In this document: one piece after another, positions 48,849 through 57,263 of the stretch
Position numbering within the stretch: the stretch's first letter is position 1
Layout: the number at the start of each line of letters is the position of its first letter
Source: a virus
IMG/VR virus record: IMGVR_UViG_3300015371_000017
Span: 1-64,000 of that record
Strand: one strand, 5' to 3'
Length of the DNA: 64,000 nt
Position numbers and translations under genes: made by a program
Notes under the pieces: model-generated
Database searches by the model: none
Seen by the model: only the letters and a program-made list of their open reading frames with translations
What the model was told of the DNA's origin: nothing

Positions 48849-49174
48849 GATGAGTGCTCATTTAACTTATGCTCCGATGGCTCAGAGTGATCTAAGCCGC
48901 GTGGTTCCATTGGTGAACGCGAATCGATGTAAACAACGGGATCGCCGGATACACAGTCAGTGCTTAGCTGAATTTCGCGCTCGCCGACAACTTCCGCATA
49001 GCCTTGATTTGTGATCGCGAACTTTACAAAATCAAGTTTCTGATCATTCGGCGGAAAGACGCGAACGACACAAGAACCGTCTGGTTCAGGATGGTCGCCT
49101 ACTAATGCGCCGAAGTGCTGAATTGTTTGCTCCAACGCTTTAGGATTTGGCGTCCTAACGAGTAATTCTTTCAT
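48836..49174 (-). CDS. hypothetical protein
   Basis: ORF track. Confidence 0.5.
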   Translation of the reverse strand: MKELLVRTPNPKALEQTIQHFGALVGDHPEPDGSCVVRVFPPNDQKLDFVKFAITNQGYAEVVGEREIQLSTDCVSGDPVVYIDSRSPMEPRGLDHSEPSEHKLNEHSSWKL

Positions 49175-49177
49175 TTC

Positions 49178-49513
49178 TCAGCGTCCTTTGGTGGTATTAT
49201 TCATTGGTTCTTTGAATCGGCAAAGGTTGAAATTCGCGTCGCACTTTTTGCAGAACCAAACCGGATTAGCAATGCCAGATCGCGCCAAGTCGTTATGCAG
49301 ACAGTCAACGGACGGGAGCGCGATGTCGGGCTGGATTTCTGCTTCAATTATCGGCGCAACGATTTCCACGAACGCATCCGCGATGTCGCCAAAGTCTGAA
49401 GCATTGCCCAAGAGAGCGCGGGTTATTTCGTGAATCGGCGCACCTGTGACGTGGCTCTGATTTAAGGCGTAGGCGATTTCAAAAGCTGCTTGTTGTGATG
49501 GTTGTCGGCTCAT
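49178..49513 (-). CDS. hypothetical protein
   Basis: ATGA-coupled; CKKC. Confidence 0.5.
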   Translation of the reverse strand: MSRQPSQQAAFEIAYALNQSHVTGAPIHEITRALLGNASDFGDIADAFVEIVAPIIEAEIQPDIALPSVDCLHNDLARSGIANPVWFCKKCDANFNLCRFKEPMNNTTKGR

Positions 49514-49917
49514 TTCATCCCCTCACACTGCTTACAACCGGGAACAGGCCGAACTCCTGAGTGCATCGCGTGCGGTCTCACCCGTCCCTGAGAATCTAAC
49601 GCTTGCTCCGCCGATCCAATACCGTGATTTTCCGGCAATGGCAGTGGCTCAGTCGCGGAGTCGGAAGGGTTAAAATTTACCGCAACACTCTTCTTCTTCG
49701 CGCGACCAACCGTAATCGTTCCCTTAACAGGGGGCGCGCCAGTTTTCCAACTCTCAGGCGTAACGTCTCTCAACTCTCCCGCCACCAATCGAATCGCCTT
49801 CGACGGCATCCCTAAAGCCTGACGCAAAAGCTGATTCGCAGAAAGCTCATGCGCCTGCACTGCTTTCCATACCTCATCCTCGATCCGAAACGACCTGCTT
49901 CTTAGCTCGGTTGCCAT
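49510..49917 (-). CDS. ribbon-helix-helix-like regulator (leaderless)
   Basis: RSRSFRIEDEVW...SANQLLRQALG; promoter TAGACA-18-TACGGT overlaps ACCGT-like repeats. Confidence 0.55.
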   Translation of the reverse strand: MATELRSRSFRIEDEVWKAVQAHELSANQLLRQALGMPSKAIRLVAGELRDVTPESWKTGAPPVKGTITVGRAKKKSVAVNFNPSDSATEPLPLPENHGIGSAEQALDSQGRVRPHAMHSGVRPVPGCKQCEGMK

Positions 49918-50153
49918 ACCGTCACACCGTAACACAGTCCTACGGTAGCTGTCTATGTCTTATTTCGTATGCCCTCTCGTGGAAATCAGTGGAAAACGCC
50001 CTATAGCGAAGTCGTGGTGAAAGAGTCCCGGCTTGCGAAACCCGGCATGGCCTCCAACTATCCGCCAGCAGGGAAGATCAAGGTGGCAGGGGGCCTGAGT
50101 AGCTTAGTATCAGTAGGTTAGCGACACTATGGCCGCACGGCACACAGCTATCT

Positions 50154-50181
50154 GCGTCTGATAATGTCCATTATGTAAAGG
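50154..50181 (+). other. dif-like XerC/XerD site 1
   Basis: GCGTCTGATAA-TGTCCA-TTATGTAAAGG vs E. coli dif GGTGCGCATAA-TGTATA-TTATGTTAAAT. Confidence 0.7.
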
Positions 50182-50230
50182 GTGTTAAACGAGCTAACTG
50201 GCTGAGGCTATTAGGGTTGGCTGTGTACGG

Positions 50231-50258
50231 TGTTGACATAATCTCGATTTGCCGACCC
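50231..50258 (-). other. dif-like site 2 (inverted, degenerate XerC arm)
   Basis: GGGTCGGCAAA-TCGAGA-TTATGTCAACA. Confidence 0.45.
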
Positions 50259-50287
50259 AGAAGTGTTGAAACCACAATAGGTAGTAG

Positions 50288-50983
50288 TCACTGTTCTAGA
50301 TTGCTCTCTTGCGGCGCTAACTCATTGCTGGTGTTAGACTTATCGAGCAATGAACCGCTGGGCCACACCTCTGGATGCACACTCGCGTCCAGGTCAGCAG
50401 AGTAATCCTCGTCTGACTTGTCGGCGTAGCTTATTTGATATTCTCGCTCAATCTCAAGAGGATCATCGCCGGAGTTACTGGCTAATTTAGCGATATTACG
50501 GGACATTTTAGCTTTGAAGGATGAGAAGTCGAAGGAAGAGACCGAAGACTCTACTTTATCAGTGAATAATGCGTGGATTTTACCGACATCGCGCTGAGCT
50601 TCGTGAGCGGAGTAAGTTTCCAATCCGATGACTTTGCCAGAGTCCTTATCAAACTTCAGTGATTTGATTAGTTTTGATTTATTGCGGGCTTTTGCTGAGG
50701 AAATATTAAAAGAGCCATCAGGCTCAAGAACATCAGCAATGTCAGCGCGGGCAATATCTGAGAGTCTTTCGACAACCTCGTCAGCGTCCATTTTGGCCTT
50801 ACGAAGAGCCGCTTCAGTTACTTGGTTAATCATAGCTTTGATTTTAGCGGATTTAAGCAACCGATGCGCAGTTACTCCGGCTGCGAAGTATCCTTGCTTA
50901 TAACCAGCTGCGAATACCGCCTGAACGCCATTGCCGCCGTTTCTAATGTACTCAGCAGCGAATAGTCTGTGTTGCGGCCTCAA
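50288..50983 (-). CDS. terS: terminase small subunit
   Basis: F..EY...GGNG.QA..AAGY...A.RLL....I; VVERLSDIARAD. Confidence 0.85.
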   Translation of the reverse strand: MRPQHRLFAAEYIRNGGNGVQAVFAAGYKQGYFAAGVTAHRLLKSAKIKAMINQVTEAALRKAKMDADEVVERLSDIARADIADVLEPDGSFNISSAKARNKSKLIKSLKFDKDSGKVIGLETYSAHEAQRDVGKIHALFTDKVESSVSSFDFSSFKAKMSRNIAKLASNSGDDPLEIEREYQISYADKSDEDYSADLDASVHPEVWPSGSLLDKSNTSNELAPQESNLEQ

Positions 50984-51219
50984 TGTCTCGTGCCTCGTTG
51001 TGCATAGTTCAGAATCAGCCGACAGACCGCGATAAACTCATCATAAGACTTAGCCCGATTGATTCGCCATGTTGTTAATACCACATTTCCCTTCTGATAA
51101 GGTAGAGAACTGTCAAGGTGATCAATACTAAGCGAGTCTAATCTAATAAGCACCGTCAATCGTCGTTTCCAGCTTGAGCGGTAATGACGTTCGCCGGTGA
51201 ATTTAAGAACGGGATTCAT
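50980..51219 (-). pseudogene. truncated HNH nuclease remnant
   Basis: LSIDHLDSSLPYQKGNVVL...NRAK without the N-terminal part. Confidence 0.5.
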
Positions 51220-51477
51220 GTAAAATCTTCACTCGAAATAGAGTGTTGCTTGGCTTCAGTGTAAGAAATTCACTCCAAATAATCAATAGTCTTTTCAATG
51301 ACTTACAAGAATCGTGTAAATTATTCATTCCAAACGGAATAGCGTTACAAATGGTGACGCGTTTTTGTTAGGGAATTTCACTGGTTTGCGTGGCATACGC
51401 TTCGCTGTAGAAATAACTGAAGACGCCAATCACGGCAAGCGGCCAAGCGAATCTTGGACAAATAGGAGCGAAAACGA

Positions 51478-51864
51478 ATTGAATTAACCCTTCACCGCTG
51501 GGCAGAGGCCGAATGCAACGGTGAGATTCAGCGTGAGGAAATCCCCGCTTATAGCTGTTCGATTTGCGCAGGCGAACCAACGCTTGAAATTTGCCCAGTT
51601 CACCCGGCAACGTTCGAGAAGATCTATTTGGAAGGCAAGCCACGTCGTTACTACGGTCAGAACATGGATCATAGCTATTCGATTGCCGACCGTGAGGCTG
51701 GCGCACTCAAGCGACTGAACAAGATCATGGCCGCACACCCTGACTGGCTTGCTTACCATCAAGGCGATCCGCGCGGCTGTGCACTCTACATTATCCAGAA
51801 AGAGCGGCTGGGCAACCGACCAATCGATTCTTACTACTCACAAGGCTTCAGAGTCTGCTTCTGA
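51478..51864 (+). CDS. phage GDPRG-motif protein, probable ATT start or 5' truncation
   Basis: frame open from 51478 (IELTLHRWAEAECNG...) to HQGDPRGCALY; AGGAG 9 nt upstream. Confidence 0.6.
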   Translation: MELTLHRWAEAECNGEIQREEIPAYSCSICAGEPTLEICPVHPATFEKIYLEGKPRRYYGQNMDHSYSIADREAGALKRLNKIMAAHPDWLAYHQGDPRGCALYIIQKERLGNRPIDSYYSQGFRVCF

Positions 51865-51865
51865 T

Positions 51866-52010
51866 TTTCAAAGATCGCAGCCTGAATTATACACCTATTC
51901 AGGTTGTGACGTTTGAAAACTTCCGGCCTGTGACGCTTAACACTATCGGACTGAGACTCCGCTCCGTGAAGAGCATGAGTCAGATGCGCGAAATGATCCG
52001 AGCGGGCCGG
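51866..52010 (+). promoter_or_regulatory. two long intergenic hairpins
   Basis: TTTTCAAA/TTTGAAAA plus a 13-bp inner stem (51866-51919); CCGGCC/GGCCGG multi-stem (51923-52010). Confidence 0.55.
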
Positions 52011-52240
52011 TACACGCAGCAACCAAAGGAGCAGAAGTGATGATTAAACAAGGGAATTATAGCTTTAACTCCCGTACCGTAGGAGGTCACATTGACCGAG
52101 AATAATCACGTTAGGTGCTTGACTCCCGCACTAGAATTTGAGAGAATCAGGGTGTTCAAAGAAGCGGCCCTGCCAGTGTTACAGCACCGACAAGGCCATA
52201 GCCACAACCTGATTCACCGTGTTAAGGAGAAAATCAAGTC

Positions 52241-52657
52241 ATGACCAACCCAAATTCTAGTGAAGAGCCGCTCCGGTTTCAAGTGTATTACTCTGGCGGG
52301 CCGGGCACTGTGCCCGAATGGTATTTAGTCTCTGAATGGGCCTCGCAAGCTGCGGCTGAGGACTACATCAAACATCACGACCATTACGGTGCGCTGTGGG
52401 CCGTAATTGATTCCTTTTCTTGCGGCATCAAACATGAAATCTCGTGTGATAGCGACTGCGGTGCGGAAACAAACGGCCTAAGCCTATCGCCCGACCCGGA
52501 GAGCAATCAATGGTACGCTTTCTATTTGCATGACACCGTAGGTCGTGATGGTTACTTCGGCGCAGCGTCCCAAGTTGTAGCTGGCCCTGTACCCACCGAA
52601 TCGTCACTCAAGGCACTGATCGCAGTGGTTGGCACTGACGGGAGGTTCCGCCAATGA
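52241..52657 (+). CDS. IS passenger gene, hypothetical
   Basis: AAGGAG RBS, inside the TIRs. Confidence 0.6.
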   Translation: MTNPNSSEEPLRFQVYYSGGPGTVPEWYLVSEWASQAAAEDYIKHHDHYGALWAVIDSFSCGIKHEISCDSDCGAETNGLSLSPDPESNQWYAFYLHDTVGRDGYFGAASQVVAGPVPTESSLKALIAVVGTDGRFRQ

Positions 52658-52941
52658 CCGACGTAGCTTGCATTTGTCCCGTAGTAGAAATCCGCGATAG
52701 CGGCGATTTCGTTACTGAGGCTATGATGCTGAAGATCGCCCGTGATCTGAGAGCTACCGTCACGCTGTCAAATCCGAAGTCGCACAGAACGGTATTCGGC
52801 AAACACCTGATGACTTGCCCTTGCTGGACGCGATCATCTGAAGGCTTTAAGGCGGGGCTGTGCGTAGGCCGTTTTGGAACTAACTCAGATGGGTGTACGA
52901 AGTGCGGGCTGTCTCGCGCAGATCACGGGGAGGCGCAATGA
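52654..52941 (+). CDS. IS passenger gene, Cys-rich
   Basis: ATGA-coupled on both sides; CTKCG...H. Confidence 0.55.
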   Translation: MTDVACICPVVEIRDSGDFVTEAMMLKIARDLRATVTLSNPKSHRTVFGKHLMTCPCWTRSSEGFKAGLCVGRFGTNSDGCTKCGLSRADHGEAQ

Positions 52942-53855
52942 GCCGCAGCACAATCTCAACCTTCCAACTATTCGAGTTAATCCCTGACGCAGAGTCGGCC
53001 CGTCTCTACCTTGAGGGCCGACTGTGGCCCAACGGTGCGACGTGTCCGACTTGCAAAAAGGGCGACCGCATCACAACGCGGAAAGGCGGTTACTATCGCT
53101 GCAACGCTTGTCAGTTGGATTTCACTGTCCGAACGGGAACTATCTTTGAGCGGTCGCATATTCCGCTTCACAAGTGGGTTTATGCGATGTATCTCATGGT
53201 GACGGCCCGCAAGGGCATTTCGTCGCTACAGTTGGCGAAGGAGATCGGGATCGGCCAAAAGGCTGCATGGTTCATGCTTCACCGTCTCCGCGAGGCTTGC
53301 GGGAAGGATATAGAGAAGCTACGCGGCATTATCGAAGTTGATGAGACGTTCATCGGCGGTCGTGAGTCTAACAAGCACGAGAACAAAAAGCTGAAACAGG
53401 GACGCGGTTCGGTTGGCAAAACTCCAGTGCTCGGAATGCGAGAGCGCGGCGGCAACACTAAGGCGTTTGTTCTGGACGGTTCCGATCTTGGCACGATTCA
53501 ACAATGCCTTTTCGATAACATCGAAATCGGATCGACCATCTACAGCGACGAGCATCACAGCTACTCTGGCCTTGACGGGCTTTTCTTCAAACACGCCGCT
53601 GTCAATCACAGTGCTGGACACTTCGCACGCGGCCCGGTTAACACGAACAGCATAGAGTCTGTTTGGGCCGTCATGAAGCGCGGCGTCAACGGCGTCTATC
53701 ACCACATCAGCAAGAAGCACACAGAGCGTTACGTTGACGAATTTACTTTCCGGCTGAACGCGGGTGACGTGCGCCGTCACACCTTAAAGCGGCTCGATTC
53801 CTTCATTGATGCCGTTAAGGACAAGCGCATCACTTACGCGGAGCTAACAGCATGA
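52938..53855 (+). CDS. IS1595-family DDE transposase
   Basis: CPTC/CNAC Zn ribbon, GISSLQLA HTH, EVDETFIGG, SDE, TNSIESVWA, YVDEFTFR. Confidence 0.95.
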   Translation: MSRSTISTFQLFELIPDAESARLYLEGRLWPNGATCPTCKKGDRITTRKGGYYRCNACQLDFTVRTGTIFERSHIPLHKWVYAMYLMVTARKGISSLQLAKEIGIGQKAAWFMLHRLREACGKDIEKLRGIIEVDETFIGGRESNKHENKKLKQGRGSVGKTPVLGMRERGGNTKAFVLDGSDLGTIQQCLFDNIEIGSTIYSDEHHSYSGLDGLFFKHAAVNHSAGHFARGPVNTNSIESVWAVMKRGVNGVYHHISKKHTERYVDEFTFRLNAGDVRRHTLKRLDSFIDAVKDKRITYAELTA

Positions 53856-53989
53856 AACCGCGTGAGGCTTTAGACGCGATCACGGACATTGTTTTGACCT
53901 ATCGCCCGAAGTCTAAAGAGAAGAAACCCCGCAAGCGTAAGACGAAGAAGAAACGGAAGAAAAATGAGAAACGGGAGTCAAAGATATAA
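53852..53989 (+). CDS. 45-aa basic IS-associated ORF ending in the right TIR
   Basis: MKPREALDAITDIVLTYRPKSK...KRESKI. Confidence 0.55.
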   Translation: MKPREALDAITDIVLTYRPKSKEKKPRKRKTKKKRKKNEKRESKI

Positions 53990-54281
53990 TTCCCTTAAAC
54001 AAGACGACCGTACAGAGGCGCAGAAAGCAACTCATCAATGGGGCGTAGTTGCTAAGGATAAGTTTATGTCTGGCTGGGGCGGTGCAAGCAATGGTGCGTC
54101 TCGCTGTGCTTGGGCTTGTGCGCCTGATGTCAACATTGACCGTGTTGAGAATTGGGTTCGCAGCCGCTCGGAAATGATCTACGTGAACGTGGTTGACCTC
54201 AACACCTATCGGCCACCAGCAGGAACGGCTCATTTCCGCATTTACGTGGCTAATGCAGATCATCCGGCAGCGAGATACTAA
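53964..54281 (+). CDS. phage gene interrupted by the IS, with an alternative start inside the IS end
   Basis: original ATG at 52040 (MIKQ|DDRT); DKFMSGWGGA motif. Confidence 0.7.
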   Translation: MRNGSQRYNSLKQDDRTEAQKATHQWGVVAKDKFMSGWGGASNGASRCAWACAPDVNIDRVENWVRSRSEMIYVNVVDLNTYRPPAGTAHFRIYVANADHPAARY

Positions 54282-54318
54282 CCAACACACAGCAGCAACA
54301 AGCAAAGGAGAAGGGGCA

Positions 54319-54513
54319 ATGACGGACAGCAACAATTACAAGATAGAACTAACCGAGGCCGAAACACAGCGTTATCGCTCAGGCGACAAGAACGGGCTAC
54401 AGTCCGAGGCAGAGATGCAAGCCAACTCGCGCCTGTGTGATGTCTATCTGATCGCAAGCGACGGCAAGACTTTGTTTCGAGCATATCCGCAAGACAGACG
54501 TAACAGTCAGTGA
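54319..54513 (+). CDS. hypothetical protein
   Basis: AAGGAG RBS. Confidence 0.55.
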   Translation: MTDSNNYKIELTEAETQRYRSGDKNGLQSEAEMQANSRLCDVYLIASDGKTLFRAYPQDRRNSQ

Positions 54514-54592
54514 CGGTGCGCTTTGGTAGGTTAGCGGCATCTTCGCTGAGGATGTCGCTACGTATGAACAAGCAACCAGTCAAGGAGAAACA

Positions 54593-54754
54593 ATGAACTT
54601 ACCATCTTGGATGTACAGTCAGATTATCACCGATAAAACCACTAAGGCCGTCTGGTGCTACTGCGGTGCCCCTGCAATCACCTATTGCAACGGATCGCAA
54701 TTCGTTTGCGACGGCGGTGGCTTAAGCCACGGCCTGAGTACCAAGAGCAGTTAG
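54593..54754 (+). CDS. 53-aa Cys-containing protein (not in ORF track)
   Basis: AAGGAG RBS; CYCGAPA. Confidence 0.5.
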   Translation: MNLPSWMYSQIITDKTTKAVWCYCGAPAITYCNGSQFVCDGGGLSHGLSTKSS

Positions 54755-54841
54755 AACAGGTTTGCAAGGACGCACTAGCTAAGGCTCGCGGTGACTCTAT
54801 GCGAAAACGGAAACCACGGAAAGCAACGAGAGACGCCTACG

Positions 54842-55150
54842 GGCAGAAAGGTTGAGACAATGGGATTCGTCGGACAGGTAGGATTTAGACCGGGCTTTGG
54901 GCCAATCTACCGCGCTGAGAAAGTTGACGAGCCTGCGGGTTTTACAGGCCGTACCTTGACTGTTTCCTACCGATCTGAGACTTACACGCGACTGATTGAA
55001 CTTGGTAGGCCTGACCTCGCTAAACACCATTTGATTCAGATTGCCCGCAATGGCCGGACGGTTTACGCCTCGAAACAAAGTGCTTTAAGAGACGCACGAC
55101 GACGATATCAAGGATGAGATGCCCGAGCGGCAGAAAGGTTGAGACAATGG
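54842..55150 (+). repeat. identical 22-bp start-region repeat
   Basis: GGCAGAAAGGTTGAGACAATGG at 54842-54863 and 55129-55150. Confidence 0.9.
54860..55117 (+). CDS. hypothetical protein
   Basis: starts at the ATG inside repeat copy 1. Confidence 0.5.
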   Translation: MGFVGQVGFRPGFGPIYRAEKVDEPAGFTGRTLTVSYRSETYTRLIELGRPDLAKHHLIQIARNGRTVYASKQSALRDARRRYQG

Positions 55151-55368
55151 ACAACGAGCCGAATCCTAACAAGTTCTACAAGTGGACAGTGGAAATAGAA
55201 GTTAGCGAGGTTTGGGTTGCTGATGGCTTTGAAGTAACCGCCGAGCGGCTTCAGGAAATGTTGCAAGAGGCTATCGGCTTCTCGCACGAGAATGAAACTC
55301 GCGTTCGCGTAGTTAAAGCGCCGACCGTCAACGCAATCCGTAAGGCGCAAGGGTACGAGGCTGCATAA
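55147..55368 (+). CDS. hypothetical protein
   Basis: starts at the ATG inside repeat copy 2; WVADGF...AQGY. Confidence 0.6.
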   Translation: MDNEPNPNKFYKWTVEIEVSEVWVADGFEVTAERLQEMLQEAIGFSHENETRVRVVKAPTVNAIRKAQGYEAA

Positions 55369-55388
55369 CATCAAGAAAGAGAATCACC

Positions 55389-55550
55389 ATGAGCAATTCA
55401 GAAATTGTTGAAGCGGTAAAAGCAAAGTTTGATGAGTTAACGCGAAGCATTCCGTTAAGTGACTACGCTGAGGTTTGCGCCGAGCTGTCTGATGACTTCA
55501 GCGTTCGATCCGAAGCCGCAGAAGCAGACTTGGAAAGCGGCCAAGAGTAA
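55389..55550 (+). CDS. 53-aa acidic protein (not in ORF track)
   Basis: MSNSEIVEAVKAKFDELT... Confidence 0.5.
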   Translation: MSNSEIVEAVKAKFDELTRSIPLSDYAEVCAELSDDFSVRSEAAEADLESGQE

Positions 55551-55806
55551 GCCGACTGACCGCATCCCTTACGGCGTCCGCGTGAGACGAGGATTTAGAG
55601 ACTGAAACCCTGAGAGGATAAGGTTGAGTGACGCGGAGCAGTAGCCACTCACGCTGCTGGATTTAATTCAGACCAGTCAGACTGTGCGGCCACGGGCCAG
55701 TAAAGTCAGACCCTTCCAGGTACATGCGCCGTGTTATAATAGCCAAAGTCGCCAACGGGTTCTGTCCGCTGACGACTCATTCCAAAACCTATGATGGAGG
55801 TTTCAG

Positions 55807-56281
55807 ATGGCTATTCCAAATCCTAGCACTAAACATGGACATTGCAAGCAGAAGGCAAGCCCAGAATATAACGCATGGGCGCACATGAAAGACCGCTGCT
55901 TGAATCCTCAGAATCATGCCTATAATTCTTACGGAGGTCGCGGTATTCAAGTTTGCGACCGTTGGCGCGATTCATTTCGAGGACTTTTTAGCCGATGTAG
56001 GACCTCGGCCTAGCTCAGATCATTCACTTGATCGCTATCCCGATCCAAATGGAAATTACGAGCCGAGTAATATTCGGCGGGCTACAAGAGTGGAGCAAGG
56101 CCGCAACAGAAGTAACAATCTGCGCGCCACGCTAAATGGTCACAATCGGACGGTGGTTGAATGGGTCGAAGAACGGCAGCTTGACTATAACAACGTGCGT
56201 TCACGCATCGCGCGAGGCATGACACCAGAAGAGGCGCTAACCAAGCCGTTTCGATCACGTAAACGCAGAGAACGAAACTAG
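55807..56281 (+). pseudogene. frameshifted HNH homing endonuclease
   Basis: YGGRGIQVCDRWRDSF continues in another frame as EDFLADVG...SLDRYPD.NGNYEPSNIR; one extra base near 55978. Confidence 0.8.
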
Positions 56282-56562
56282 CCCGTAACGCCGCCAATCT
56301 CTTCGCAGAGTTCGATTAGTTCAGTAACCTTGGCGGGCACTTGATCCTTGTGCGAGTTTGCTTCATCTTCAAACCAATGAAGAATCGCACTGAGACGATT
56401 AGCATCCGCTTCAGTGAGCGAGTCGCCCATAAACATAGCGAGATTGCGGGCGGCGGCAGAAGCGGACGAGACTTTTTCTTTTAGGTTAGGCGAAAGGGAT
56501 GAATCAGCGAGCGCGATCCCCACTTCCGAATCGCAAATAATTATGTACGTTGCTTTGGACAT
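56278..56562 (-). CDS. hypothetical protein
   Basis: ORF with upstream AAGGAG. Confidence 0.55.
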   Translation of the reverse strand: MSKATYIIICDSEVGIALADSSLSPNLKEKVSSASAAARNLAMFMGDSLTEADANRLSAILHWFEDEANSHKDQVPAKVTELIELCEEIGGVTG

Positions 56563-56578
56563 GTCGGGGGAATTCTCC

Positions 56579-57019
56579 TTAGTTTTGTTTGCGTTTGTCG
56601 ATTAGGTCGAGTTGCTGCTGGCTTAACATGCCCTTGATTTCTTTCAAGTTGCCATTCATAACTTCGCGCCACGCTTGCATCTCGTGCTGATTGTCGGTGT
56701 CCTCTTTTTGTTTAGCCATTAAGGCTTCCTTAGTGAGTTTGAGTTCGGTCTTAATCTCGATCATGGCGTCGTGGTCGGTTGACCGTGCCCACCACGACTG
56801 CCCCATGAAAGCTAAGAACGCGCCAAGTATGCAAACAGCAACCCACTTGGGCATCGTTACCGAGTCAATTTGTTTGTTGACTGTCACGTGCTCCCAATTA
56901 GTCGGTGAAAGTGCCGCGACAAATTTAGATAGCACTCCTTGCGGCGTTTTCGGCAATGTAGTTCCGCTCCCGTCCCTAACGTGAGGGACAGCGCGAATCT
57001 GGGATGCTGGTGCTGACAT
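56579..57019 (-). CDS. single-TM coiled-coil membrane protein
   Basis: WVAVCILGAFLAFMG followed by a coiled coil. Confidence 0.6.
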   Translation of the reverse strand: MSAPASQIRAVPHVRDGSGTTLPKTPQGVLSKFVAALSPTNWEHVTVNKQIDSVTMPKWVAVCILGAFLAFMGQSWWARSTDHDAMIEIKTELKLTKEALMAKQKEDTDNQHEMQAWREVMNGNLKEIKGMLSQQQLDLIDKRKQN

Positions 57020-57078
57020 GTGTTCAACTTACACCTCTAGCGAGAGATGGAGTATTACAGTCACGTTGTATTTTCAGT

Positions 57079-57258
57079 TTAGGCCGGAGGCGGATTCAGG
57101 TCTGCGTCTGCCGCGTCGATTGCGCTCTTGAGCGTATCAAGGTCGGCTGATTCGATTGCTTGCCCAGCGTCCACCTGTGCCTTGAGCGCGTCCACCTTTG
57201 CTTTCACGTCCGCTACGAATTTTGCGAAATCATCTTTTACGTCCTGAAGTGTTGCCAT
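57079..57258 (-). CDS. 59-aa coiled-coil protein (not in ORF track)
   Basis: MATLQDVKDDFAKFVADVKAKVDALKAQ; AGGAG RBS. Confidence 0.6.
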   Translation of the reverse strand: MATLQDVKDDFAKFVADVKAKVDALKAQVDAGQAIESADLDTLKSAIDAADADLNPPPA

Positions 57259-57263
57259 TTTAC

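Larger units (their letters stand above)
52052..53994 (+). mobile_element. IS1595-family element with passenger genes (1943 bp)
   Basis: 24-bp TIRs (22/24 identical) at 52052-52075 and 53971-53994; 8-bp TSD TTAAACAA at 52044-52051 and 53995-54002. Confidence 0.95.

Noticed and set aside
54842-55150. CRISPR mini-array (also considered for the 62378/63000 and 59797/59885 repeats)
   Set aside because: Each has only two exact or near-exact copies, separated by genes or a promoter rather than 30-40 nt spacers, and there are no cas genes.
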